Numbered from the whole stretch's first letter, positions 14,597-27,181 are shown. The stretch is DNA of 63,356 nucleotides, filler included, from Welwitschia mirabilis (GCA_051453625.1; 5 parts of one record of this genome joined end to end with filler, not necessarily neighbours in it); one strand, 5' to 3'. Notes: generated by a model from the letters alone, not told the origin. Program-made: numbers and translations.

Positions 14597-14743
14597 ATGA
14601 GATGGAAATCCTGCATTTATTTAGTAACTGTTGGAATGCTTGTAGTTCTACTCTATGGGTTGGATATGTCATGGACTATCATTGTTGCTGCAATTGTCTT
14701 GATTGTTCTAGACTTTACAGATGCAGGTCCCATCCTTGAAAAG
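14597..14743 (+). pseudogene. LSI2: Lsi2/ArsB-family silicon efflux transporter exon fragment, copy 1
   Basis: WKSCIYLVTVGMLVVLLYGLDMSWTIIVAAIVLIVLDFTDAGPILEK matches the recalled Lsi2-family WKxCVYLITxGMLxALLxGLNMSWTAITAAxALVVLDFxDAxPxLEK. Confidence 0.85.
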
Positions 14744-15126
14744 TTACCCACTACACNNNNNNNNNNNNNNNNNNNNNNNNNNNNNNNNNNNNNNNNNNNN
14801 NNNNNNNNNNNNNNNNNNNNNNNNNNNNNNNNNNNNNNNNNNNNNNNNNNNNNNNNGTCTGCCCTGCTATAGTTTTGAATCATTATTAGATTGTTTTTAA
14901 GTTAGATATTTCCACATTTATTTTACACATGGTACTTATTTATTTATGTTGCATGTTTATTTTTTTGCTTATTCAAATGAATTATATGTTTCAATGCTAT
15001 GTGTGTTGTTTGCCATGAAGTTTTAATTGATAACAATATTTGTTAAATCAAAGTTTACTAATAGGTCTATGGTCTTAACTATTACATGTGCAAAGATTGC
15101 TTTGGCAATCTTTCTAACTGAGGACT

Positions 15127-15995
15127 ACTAAGAAAGGAGTGCCTCCTACTGCTCTTCATGATATTTCACTTCTTCAGTTGCTTTCTAACTCTAATTATAT
15201 CACCTGATATGTTATTTTATTTAATGATCTTGAAAATTGAGATGCAAACCTTGAAAATTGCAAATGAGTTTATTTCTCTGCCTTGGCTATGCATGGGATG
15301 CATACACTTGAGTTGTGATTTTTTTTTGGTGAGTTCAGATACCTAACTGGAATCTTGAACAAGTGCTATTTTATCTTTTACTTGCTTTGCATTTGCATCT
15401 ATAACTTAGCGTTATCATCATTACCATTATAGTGCAAACAGAAATGTGAAACATGAATGAAAAACATTTCAAATATCTTTTCTCCATGGTTAATTACATT
15501 GAAAGCTTCATTGAATAAATTATCTATAGAGTTCTTCGATCCAAAGGATATGTCTTCTTTATTTTTTAAATTTGTTAGAATAAGTCATCTCTGCAATAAA
15601 TGTCTATTGTTTTCTAAATCTTTTGGGAGAAATAATGTTTGTTATTTGGATTTCTTGAAACGATGTCGCTTATTTTTGCATTGGTATTGATCTTGAAAAT
15701 TGGTTTAACTTTTTACCCATTCTTCTTATTAAAGTTTTAGATTAAAATATAGAAGGAAACATCTTCACCATATGCTCTTTATTTTATTGAATAAACACAT
15801 CTATTTTTAATTGTTGCAGTTAATTGGAGGGAGATGAGATGGAAATCCTATGTTTATTTAGTAATAGTTGGAATGCTTATAGCTTTACTCTATGGGTTGG
15901 ATATGTCATGGACTACCATTATTGCTACAATTGTCTTGATTATTCTAGACTTTACAGATGTAGGTCCCAACCTTGAAAAATACCCATTGCACTGC
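15127..15995 (+). repeat. Internal duplication within the Pack-CACTA
   Basis: 15127-15465 is a diverged copy of ~13035-13362, and 15525-15995 is a diverged copy of ~14265-14756. Confidence 0.85.
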
Positions 15996-16306
15996 TCTTT
16001 CTTAGATTCACTTTCATACCCTTTTTACATTTAGTGAATCTTACAAAATCATCATAGAAGAAGCATAAGAAAGGTATCTTAGAATTCTTATTTTGTATTA
16101 TGTTTCTGAACACCCAGGTTTCATATGTACTACTAGTATTCTTTGCTGGCATGTTTATGATAGTGGATGGCTTTAACAAGGCATGCATGCCAATAATGTT
16201 TTGGAATGCTATGGAGCCACATGCACACATCGATACCTAAGTGGGATGACTCTGCTATCATCAACCATGCTTATGCTCTTAAATTTAGCTTCTAATATTC
16301 CAATAG
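15834..16306 (+). pseudogene. LSI2: Lsi2/ArsB-family transporter fragment, copy 2, two exons with retained intron
   Basis: Exon 15834-15980 (...DFTDVGPNLEK), intron to cacccag at 16117, exon 16118-16306 VSYVLLVFFAGMFMIVDGFNKACMP..FWNAMEPHAHID...LNLASNIP. Frameshift/stop and a broken donor. Confidence 0.88.
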
Positions 16307-17394
16307 ATTCTTCTCTATAAGAATTAACTACAATTAGATATTACAAGTTGGCATGGCATCCTAGCACCAAAAAATGATTTATTTACTGAATTTTCATGCA
16401 TTATTCTCATAGGAATTTGTAGTTTTCCATAGAATTGTTTAGAATTGTTTTCAGATTGACAAACATAAAATAAACATCTGATAGATTGTATGAATAGAGT
16501 AAACTTTGGAATTTTTCCAAAACCTAACTAATTCTTAATCCTAATTCTTCTGATATGATGTCTACTCCTCTTATGATATCAATAATGTTATCATCTATAT
16601 AATGGCTGCAAAGAATCTTCTTTATTTTGATTTCAATCCTACTCACTTCTACCTCTTTCAAGTAGCTTTACATACTATTTATAAGGGTAATAAAAATCCT
16701 CTTGACTAGCTTCCCTTATAATAAACAACCATCATATGTTCTTGCCTTGATATCTCAATATGCCAATTGCTACTGAGTCTTTCATTCTACAAGAGCAAGG
16801 CCCTTTATGCTAAGACACCATGGTCATCTAGACAAAATTAGATTTTTAGCCTACATGCTTGAAAAGAAAGTGAAAAAGGCCCCTTTAAAAATGATAAGAT
16901 TAGCAGAAATAAAGTTTAGAAAGACTTGATTTTACCCCTTTCCAACCTTTTTACTAATTTCACCTAGAATGTTAAACACAAGGGTTTTTCCTATCCTCTT
17001 AGGAGCTAATAGTTCAAAGAACTAAATAAGAACCACTCACCTCCTTGTGCTAAAAATACCTTTCTACTGTTGTGGATAAGCCCTTTTACTACAACCAATA
17101 CTATTAGACTTACAAAATCCTTGTGTATGTGTGTAGCTCCTCCCTAATGGATGTTACCCTCTGGAGTCCTCCTTTTTTTCTTATAAAGGCTTATACACCC
17201 CTTTTCTACTCCTCTATTTCCAAAGTAACCCTCCTTAGAATTGCTCTATCTTCTGCGGTCTTTCTTCTACTATGCTTCCTTTGAAAATTAAATTACAAAA
17301 AACTATAATGATTAGTTTCTTTTCTAGTTAGCTTCCCTACACTGACTAATGAGCATGGATAGGACACCACTAAATTTGACAAAAGAAACTAAGG

Positions 17395-18140
17395 CCATAG
17401 ATATTATAGTCTAATCATTTATCATGATAACACTGATGTGATCTTCATTAAATTTTTGTGTATTTGTACATCTTTGCATGTAATGGCTATAATCTAGTAA
17501 AAGCTCTACCACTAATTTTGAGGATGTTTGCTGATGTTATCCTTATGAATGAAACAAATGCATTACATAACTCATGTTCTTTACTGAAATCTTTCAAGAT
17601 GGAAGATAGATTCCTGGTAGTCTTATGCATCATAATCACTTTGTAAAATATTATCTACATTACAATGTAATATGCCTAAGATGTTGCTTTTTCTGTATCA
17701 TCTAAATCCACTAAATGATTACTACCATTTTCATAACCTCTTTCATTTCTTATTTTTTTGGATTATAGTCATCCTCTTTAGAATCATTTGATGGTTATTC
17801 TTCACCAAGCCCATCAGATACGCTCTCACCATTTGCAATTTTTACTATTCCACTCTTTTTGTTAGTAACTATAAACTATATTTTCAAATAAGCATTTATT
17901 TCTTCTAAGTCCACTAATTTACATTCACATGCATTACAAAGCCAACCTTCATTTCTAGGAGGAATATTTTTAGTTAACAAAAGAGGACTCATGCATTTCT
18001 TATGGAAGCCATGGTTGCAAGTACCATCACATAATATTATGTTATTATTTAAAAGAGTATCTTGCAATTTGTAGATGGTACAAAATATATGCTCATGGTT
18101 TATTTGTCCTTTTGAATCAATCACAGAATCTGCAATGAAA
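17395..18140 (-). pseudogene. PRH: PRH/HAT3.1-type PHD-finger homeodomain gene fragment
   Basis: Core 17876-18135: DSVIDSKGQINHEHIFC..KL...NNIILCDGTCNHGFHKKCMSPLL..NIPPRNEGWLCNACECK, then EE*PSNDSKEDDYNP (cf. WPSDDSEDDDYDP). The extension to ~17395 (LDY..LH..MY) is weaker. Confidence 0.85.
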
Positions 18141-21047
18141 TCTTCTCTGCCTCTTCCTCTTCAAATCATCTGTAGTGTGTATTATTTTATCATCATCTCT
18201 CATTTTTCTTTTTATATCAGAATTCAACTTGTGGTTTCTCATGAAAATGCTATTGTGATTATCGTTAAAGTTCTAAAATTTACCCATTAGATGTTAGCTT
18301 TAACATATAACATGTCAGCACTTGAGTTAGCTTCGCTTACAACCCTACTTTCTAATATAAAGACTCTGCCCCTCTCTTCTCTTTTAATATATCTTATTTA
18401 ATGTGTAGATAAAGCTTGAATCAGCAATGACATTGACCTTCTTGCTTTTCTTTTATTTTCCTTTTCAACACACAAGTCGTCTTCTTGTGCATCTATGTGA
18501 CCTCATTCCCCTATCTGATTTGTGTCAGAACTCAAAAAAAAAAAAGGAAAAGAAATTTAGTAGAAATAACATCTTGGGTTGAAACCCATAACAAAAGAAA
18601 GCCCCTCTCCTGCACCCAAGAAGCTAAATTCAAGACATCATTGATGATCCTCTTATTACCCTGCAAACGTTGAACTTGCTTTTCTTCTTTCTTGCTTTTT
18701 TGTCTCAACAACCAACTTTCCTCCGGCACATTTATCAGTGCTTCCAAATGGATGATGGAATCCACTTCATTGATAGCCCAAGTGTATGATCCAAGGGTTT
18801 GTACTTAATGCACCCCAGATGTTTCCTGAGCTACCTTGAATGTAGGGTTGGGATCTATAAGCTTGGGCATGCCCAAAACTTTATCATTTACTAGTGATTT
18901 AGTCTTTTTAGAGAGAGAATTTTAACGGACTTGGGGATCACTGTGAATAGGTTTTTGGTCACTGCATGTGCTTATGAGAACTTTTTTCAATGGGGAAGAA
19001 GTTTGAAGAATGAATGGCTGCTTTCACTGAGACCCACCACCTTTATTTCTCTCATTCATCCTCAAGATGTAATTTGCTTGTTGTGAGATTCATTAACAGA
19101 AATACAATTTTGCATGAGACATTTTTGGCCTTTCAAATAAAGACAATCTAGCTATTTTCTTTCACAAATGTTTAAGCTTTTTATGCATAAGAAAGGTGAA
19201 TCTTATTTTGGCAACACATTTTTATCACCCAGTAATGGATTCAATTCTGTGTGCCATGTCAAAGGTATGCAGGTGAGAAGGATTTGATGTATCCTGTAAG
19301 CCATCCAAACGATGTTAGCTTAAGTTTTTCTAGAGTGTTGGTGGGTTGTCCAGTCCAAATGTTATTTCTGTGGCACTAGATTAGAAACTAGTAAAAATTA
19401 TTGATGTTCTGTGATCACCATAGAAAGTGGATTTGAGATTATATTTAGATATTGATGTTTCAATGCTTTTTGGCAAACGACTTAACCGCCAATCCTGTAT
19501 TAGTAAATTCTACAAAATATACACCACCAAGCAATGAACATGAGAGTGACAAGTTTTCACAGAGAATGAAATTAGATATTCACAGAGCTAAGGAAACAAT
19601 GTCATCAAAGAGGAATGTTGGTCCATCATACTATATATATTAGACACAAGAAGGTAATAGCTTTCTTTCTTTATATCTCATGTTTATCATTGCCTATTAT
19701 GCAGTTAATTAGTTAGCAACGTTGCTAGAATGATTGGTTTCATAGATTCATGCTAAGTTTATTAGACTTATCTTGTTTGAAGGATTATTATTTATTTGGG
19801 TTTATTTTTTATGCATGGATGTGCAGTATTTATTCAAGACTAGCTGGTTCTTGCTTAGAGTTATGCTATTTGGTGATTAGTGGAGATATTGAGGCATTTA
19901 TCTGGTAAAATGCCTTAAAAGGATTTTAACGTGTTCTTTTGAAAAGTGGGCTCAAACTTTCCTTAGAAAAACGCCTTAAAACACATTTTCAAAAGGATCT
20001 TAAGATGTTCATTTGACAAAACGCCTCAAAGGCTTTTAAGGTGTGTCTTAGAAAAACGCTTTAAAATGTCTTTTAGGGCGTGTTTATTGAAATGCCCTAA
20101 AAGCCTAGGGGCTTTTGATTCTTTTTTAAAATGTTTTGTGAAAAATGCCTTACAAAACTTTAATGCGTTTTTTATTGCTTTTTAAGGTGTTTTGTAAATG
20201 CCTTAAAAACCTATATTTCTTGTATTATTTGCTTTTTATCATCTTGCTATTTTTCTGTTGCTTTTCCACTACTTACTTATTGTCAGACTTTTTTTTTTCC
20301 TAATTTGTTCAAACATCTCATTTGAACATTGTCGTCTTATGTCTGTCATCCTTATAATAGACAGGACAATAGTCATCCTTTTTACTTTATGTAATCTAGG
20401 ATGTCTTGCTTTTCCTCTGGGGGGACAGGACACCTCTCTGAGCTTGTTTCTATGATATTATGCAAAAATTTATAATTTTTAAATTTTAAAGGATCACTTT
20501 GAGCTTTCATGATACATATTTATGAATGAGTTGTTTGGATATGATTTCATGTTACTTGAATACGTTTCATGGAATTTATTTAGCAAGAGCACAATAGCAC
20601 ACCCACTGATGTTCCAACATCTATGTTTCAGATTATTTAAAGAAAACGAATGCCATAATTACTCTTTTATCTTGTTCTTATAGAAAACATTAATAAACTT
20701 TTCATGCATCATTCTTTGAGATTATTACTACTTAAGTTTACACATTAGTTTTAACATTACTTTCTCAATTTATGCATATACATTATCATTTTCTAAACTA
20801 TCATCTATACATTCTATGATTTGTTTATATGTATGACATTTATTTGATCAATTTTGATGTGTTTAAGTAGGGGGATCACGACTATAGTAGTAATTGTATC
20901 AGTGAATGAATTTTTATTGTCTATTCTTTCATGATAAAATTGAACTCAAATTCCATTTTCTAGTTGATGATTATCTTAGTCAAATTGGCTCACAATATAG
21001 TTGATTATTCACTTTGTCAAGGACTAACAAGGCTAAGTAGGGGGCTA

Positions 21048-22391
21048 TGTAGTGATGCTAATTTATAGGAATTTTATGGTGTATTTGGAGTACTTTTGTA
21101 GGACATTTATATAGGTTTAGATGCAATTCTGCTGATTATGAAAAGTCGATAGGATGATCATAGAAACACATAATTCTTGGCATAATTGGAGGTATTTTAG
21201 GCATGTTCTGATACTTAGCATATTGAAGAAAACTAATAATAAAAAAGGCTGATTTGTTTTACCTAAGAAGCTTTGGAAGGGTGTTGTTTCCATTATCATC
21301 TCCATGACAGAGGGGATGACAGCACTACATTTATCCATTGTAATAATGATTTGGATTGGAGCTTGGAGTTTACAAAGCAGCTTTTCAAGAGAGGTGTCAT
21401 CCCCACGACATAAGGGATGATGACACATATAGAGCCAACTTCGGGGCCGATTGTGGAGCCGTAATAATATTAATTATTTATTGTTAAGGGGCATCATCTC
21501 TAGTGTCGTCCTCATGATAGTCAAGATAACAACTGTTTTATATAAGTGGGGCTGAATTATCTTGTAATGGGATCATGCACCCTACTTAGGCTGCTAGGAT
21601 TTTTTCTTAGACTTTTAAGGTTACATTTTTAGAACTTTCAATGTAAAACTATAAATACCCCCCTTGTCCTTACTTCCAAACCATCTTTTATATCTGATAT
21701 GCTTGTGACAAAAGACTGAAGAACAGGAGGTCCATCTAGAGATATAGAAAGGAGTTTCCTTGGTATTAGGCTAAGTTTCTTCCATTAAGGTGCTATTATT
21801 CTATTTGTAAGTGGATGTAATTTTTTGAATACTTTTTGAATCAATACAATCATTATTTCATTCCCATTCTGTATCACTTATGATTTACATTGATCATAAT
21901 TTAGTGACAAATCTGTGATTTATCTACATCATAAGGGCAATTTTTGTTAAGGTTGAACTTGATTAATAGTAGATTTTCATTGCTTTTTCATTCATTTTCA
22001 TATTGCATTTCTTATTCTACTTAGTAAATCTCATAGTTTATGTTGATTAAAAATTAGTTGAATACTTTTCTTAAGTAATATAAGTTATAGAAAAGGCTAG
22101 TCCTTGTGAAAGAAGGATTAGGAACTAAGAGACTTCATTCCATTTCGACTTGTATTTCATCTCCATTTATCTTGCATTACATTTACTTTATTATTTACTT
22201 TCAGTTATTAAAAGATAAAGACTAAAAGTACCTTTGGAAATTAGTTCTCTAACTCTAAGCTTAGTGCCTTTGTTGGGATTATGACATTCGGGTGAACTCC
22301 CGTCTATACTAACGTGTGTGTTTTTACAGGTTATTTGATTTACAGATTTATCTAAAGAGCTGCAAGATTGTATAAATTTTACACCATAACA
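21048..22391 (+). repeat. LTR B (shared middle LTR)
   Basis: TGTAGTG...ATAACA. Preceded by PPT aagtagggggcta (21035-21047) and followed by an Athila-type PBS ttttggcgccattgttggg (22392-22410). Confidence 0.88.
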
Positions 22392-24113
22392 TTTTGGCGC
22401 CATTGTTGGGTAAGGCCGTAAAGAGATAGGAGAATTGTCACTAACCAGATAAGTACCTTAAATCTTTTGTTCATGTTATTTATTTGAATAAGTATTGTAT
22501 TTTTAGCTTAGGTTAAAGTAGATTTATTTCCACAATCTTTTTTCTGTAGTTTTTAAAGACTCTGTCATCCTCTGTGTCATCTCGACATCATTAGGAATGA
22601 CAGTTCTGAAATTTTAAATTTATTTTCCATTTTCGCAATTTTTTTTGCTCATACTTTAGTAATAAATGTATTGTCATCCTATCTATCATCCACATGACAT
22701 TCCAGATGATAGTCTCACTTTTCTAAGTTTCAGTAATCTTCCTTTCTAAGTTTTTGAGTTTGGGTTTTTATGTGATCATCGTCTCCCCTGTCGTCCCCAT
22801 GCAAGGTGGATGACGGGCTCTTGTTTTTTACTTTGGTTTTCTATTTGTGATCTATGCATTCAGGAACATCATGAATTCTAGCAAAAGATAAAATATTAAA
22901 TGAAGAAGAACTGGATTAAAGAAAAGTATTAGCAAGGGATCATTCAACTTTAAGCAAAATTTAGGTACGCACATCACAAGTACGTAAGTTCCAAGAATTT
23001 TTTTCTCTTATTGAAGAATCAGATTTTTCTTTCTTTCTGTAGTCATTCTGCTAGTTGTTTTTACAATAATTAGAGTAATCATGATTTCACATCTTTTAAG
23101 TGCTAAAAGAACCATAATTTTGATAAAACAATGATACGTCAAAGAGAATAGGACTTGATCTTCATTGTGTAGTTATCTTTCCTACCATCTTGAATTAAAT
23201 TCTCTTATTCCATTCTTATTACTTACTTCAATCAATAGTAATAGAAGGATCATTACAAAACTTCCTTCTGAAAGGAGAAGAAACTTACAAAATGCTAAGG
23301 ATAATAGTAATAAAACACTTTGAGAGATCTTTGCAGAAAGGAGGAGAAATATCAAAGATTCTAAGGTTTATAATGATCAAACACTTCAAGAGGTTTTTAT
23401 AAGAGGAAGAACAACATAAAATGCTATTGAGAGCAGGAATTGAGCCCTTTTCTCTTTTTAATCTTCTTATTCTTTTCTCTCTTCTTTTTAAACCTTATAT
23501 AGAAATGATAAAGATTTTCTATATTTTAGAGATTCCACCTCATTTAGACAAACTTCCTACAATCCCTTTTATCAATCCTAATCATCTTCTAGGTATTACT
23601 ATGAAGAAGAACCATCTTCCACAACTTAATAGAAGGAAGAAAAAGATGCATTAAGAGAAATGATTGATGAAATGNNNNNNNNNNTGAAGAAGAACCAAGA
23701 AAATACCAATAAGAACGTAGAAAAATTAGTTAAAATCTTACAACACTCACTATTAAATATTTAAGAATCTTTTACAACTTTACATTCTCTCAACTATTCT
23801 ACTTCATCCTACCTTGAGGAAAATGAAGAAAACTTAGAAATAAATGATGATAATTCTTACTTTCAACTTGAAGATGAAATTGTAGATCAAACTTCAACAT
23901 CCTACTCATTAGGAGATAAACAAAAGAGAGACAATAATAACACAACTCAACATTTCAACAATTGGAATGAGGATTACCATTTATTAAATGATGATATTGA
24001 GATATTATATTATNNNNNNNNNNNNNNNNNNNNNNNNNNNNNNNNNNNNNNNNNNNNTTAATTAATTAANNNNNNNNNNNNNNNNNNNNNNNNNNNNNNN
24101 NNNNNNNNNNNNN

Positions 24114-24364
24114 TCCATTTCCACTTGTATTTCATCTCCATTCATCTTGCATTGCATTTACTTTATTATTTACTTTTAGTTATTAAAAGACAAAAGACTA
24201 AAAATACCTTTGGAAATCAATTCTCTGACTCTAAGCCTAGCGCCTTCGTTGGAATTATGACATTCAGTGAACTCCCGTCTATACTAACGTGTGTTTTTCT
24301 GCAAGTTATTTGATTTATATGTTTACTTAAAGAGCTTAAGATTGGATAAATTCACACCCCAACA
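24114..24364 (+). repeat. LTR C, 3' part only (rest in gap)
   Basis: Matches the last ~250 bp of LTRs A and B; ends CCAACA, followed by TSD TGCAT rather than a PBS. Confidence 0.85.
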
Positions 24365-24559
24365 TGCATCTCTTTTCCCCAAGTGAGCAAGGAGCAAACA
24401 GCAGTAAAAGACACGTGCTGAAGATTTGCGGTAACCGAGCGAGCTGAGTATTATGTGAGCAAACGGTGGCAAGCAAGCAATGAATGTGGGAGGGTTTGCA
24501 TTAAAAAATCTGGTGCTTTGTATTTTAACAAACACGCACTATTGGTTTTGTTTTTTGTT

Positions 24560-24680
24560 AGGCTTTTAAGGCATTTGTTTGTTAAACGCCTTAAAAAGAT
24601 ATTTTAATGCATTTTCTAATAAACGCCTTAAAGGAATGGCTTTTTAAGTCACTTATTTAAAATAATGCCTTAAAAAGGTT
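24560..24680. repeat. CACTA subterminal repeat array (probable 5' end region of the minus-strand CACTA interrupted by the retroelement)
   Basis: ttttaaggcatt, aaacgccttaaaaa, aaacgccttaaa, aatgccttaaaaa next to a GC-richer promoter-like stretch at 24370-24500. No clear TIR. Confidence 0.6.
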
Positions 24681-26663
24681 AAAACAATGATTTCTAATTT
24701 TATTCAACATAATGCTTCTACCATCATAAAAAAATGTAGTTTTGATAATCTCTAAGGTGTCTAGATCAATAAGAACGGTATCTGATGAAGAAAGATACTA
24801 TAGGAGCTCTCTACACACATTATAATGGTTCAAAAAATTGAAAAGCAATGAGATTTCTAGCAAAACCAATTTTCATGACCTCATCTCTTCTGCTCTATTA
24901 AATCATGGATTAAACAGTGAGAAAAGGGTGCTTTGAGATATCTGGAAGTATATTTTTAGAATTCATAAAGGTTGCACCCAGATTCGAATTGGCTCATCCT
25001 TCTTAAAGCAATCAGATCAGAGTACTGGTCTTCATTTATGACATCTTATTTGTAGGAGAAAATGGGATGCTAAGAGATTTAAATTGGCTCATCCTATTAT
25101 GTCCAAAAATTTTCTCAAAAATGTGTAATACATTATTCATGTACCTGCAAAGCCTTAAGTGAATAAGTAACATATGTATCATTCTCACTACTTCCAATGG
25201 CATTCCAAGCATTCCACATAGATGCATTTTTGGGCATGAATGTTGTATCGCGGTGAAGGTATAACTCAATATAATAACAAACATTTAGTTAAACCCCTTT
25301 AAAAAATAAAAATTATGAATGTGACATAGACTTGAACATTTAGTAAAATCGATGAATGTGTTTGATTTAGAGTTTTATACAATGATATACCACATGGATT
25401 ATGTATGATACTAATTTTCCCAACTTATAGTATAAAAAGAAAAGTTAAAATGATCAATAATACTAAAGAATTTCTATCTGATCTAAACACCTCCCTTCAT
25501 ACTAGTTCATATATTAATAGAGACATCTCCTATCTTTAAATGTAACAACATCACCCAGTATTATTGCATGGTTTGGATGTCATTATTTTTGCTTATGTCA
25601 TATTCTACATTGTTTTTAGAAGTACGATAGAAATGCAATAATAAAAATTAAGCAAAGAAGCAATCTATGTGATAGAAAGGGTGTAATAAAAATAGGATGA
25701 GCTAATTTATTGATCTAGACATTATAGAGAAAATTTTTAGACATAATTGGATGAGCCAATTTAAATCTCTAAGCACAGCCTTCATTATTAAGATAGTACT
25801 TCTACAAATAATAGAGTGCTTCCATTTGCCCCTAAGCCTGCATAATCTCTCAGCATCCCATGCCCCTCTCCCCTAACTATTATCCTGCGTTCTTAGTGGC
25901 ATCTTGCGTTTAAGCTTTAATACCAGATGATGCAGACCTTAACATCAACAAGAAAACTTATAGATGAGTTTTTACTTTTTCACGTTGGCTCTTATTATAG
26001 GCTATCACAATATCACTATGTTAAGTTTAACTAATTTATTCAACCGTTAACAAAGGATTGACATCTTCAGTTTAATTGGAAATGGATTGCTAAAATCTAA
26101 ATCTATGGACTTCCTAAATCATAAATCCTAAATTTAGACAAAAACAAATGCTTTGCATTAGTTTCATACTTAAACTAAGGAGGTTTTAAAGAAGTTTACA
26201 AGGTGATGTTTCTTTATTAAATTGTCCATCTCTTAAACACATGCTGAGAATTGGCGCAAGTAATGAAGGATTCCAAGAGATGAAGAAAGAAGTGGTGGGA
26301 TTTGCTCTCTGCTTTGCTTGGCTATTTTTTTACATATTATTATTTCTGTCTCAGCAAGAAATAAAAAACGGAGACTAAGAAAAGATCTACATGATAAAAG
26401 CCACTTTCTCTTGTAATTACAGAGAAGTCTAGGGGTAAGAGAAGTCTAGGGAGAAGTTAAAAGTGGAAAAACTCCTCTGATGCTACCTGTTATAAATCTA
26501 ATTTTATAGAACTTGTGAATTCTCTGTTTTCCAGTCCTATTGAACGGGGTCTTTTTAGGGTTTACAGGTTTGCTTGTGCCTGGAAGGACTAGGTTGTTTT
26601 ACTTACCTAGCAACCATTGGTGGAGGCAGAGGAGCCTATAATTGTATTCTTTGAAGATGCAAG

Positions 26664-27181
26664 CATAGTTAGATGGATTGTAGTGGATCGCAGAGCGTTT
26701 TTTTTGAGTAGGAGATTCCGGATAGCTGGATCGCTCTGGATCGTTTTACGGATCGCCGCAGATCGCATAATTTAAAAACAAATTAAAAATAATATATATT
26801 TTAAAATTTTAGTAAATATGGTCATTATAGATTACAAAATCCATTTTTTTAGCGTGTTGAAATGGCATTTGCGAATTTTTATTGGTGATTTGAGAAAAAT
26901 CTGGAATCTTTCTGTTTTCCCCTCTGCAAATCCCTTTTTTTTTGAGTTGAAATGCATTGAGAGAAAGTTGANNNNNNNNNNNNNNNNNNNNNNNNNNNNN
27001 NNNNNNNNNNNNNNNNNNNNNNNNNNNNNNNNNNNNNNNNNNNNNNNNNNNNNNNNNNNNNNNNNNNNNNNNNNNNNNNNNNNNNNNNNNNNGATTTAAT
27101 CGAAATCGCACTTTCATTCCAATTTGAAGCATTTTTTAATGGAGCGCGATTTGGAATCGCGATCCACTCCATAGAACTATG
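26664..27181. mobile_element. hAT-superfamily MITE
   Basis: Termini CATAGTT...AACTATG with subterminal GGATCGC repeats. Perfect 8-bp TSD GATGCAAG at 26656-26663 and 27182-27189. Confidence 0.9.

Larger units (their letters stand above)
12317..20227 (+). mobile_element. Non-autonomous CACTA element with captured gene fragments (Pack-CACTA)
   Basis: TIRs CAATACAAGAAATAGAGG (12317) and CCTATATTTCTTGTATTA (to 20227). 3-bp TSD TTC/TTT. Arrays of AAAYGCCTTAAAA / TTTAAGGCRTTT subterminal repeats at ~12340-12450 and ~19905-20210. No transposase inside. Confidence 0.85.
5202..24364 (+). mobile_element. Tandem three-LTR non-autonomous Athila-like LTR retroelement (LTR-int-LTR-int-LTR)
   Basis: LTRs at 5202-6554, 21048-22391 and a 3' part at 24114-24364. 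TGCAT lies at both 5197-5201 and 24365-24369 (5-bp TSD). Internal 6555-8145 is a diverged copy of 22392-24013. No RT/RH/INT is visible in the sequenced parts; contig joins at 10869 and 24014. Confidence 0.75.

Noticed and set aside
16690-16850. Possible U2AF65-like RRM fragment on the minus strand (KGLALVE...RTYDG)
   Set aside because: Too degenerate to call without a search.
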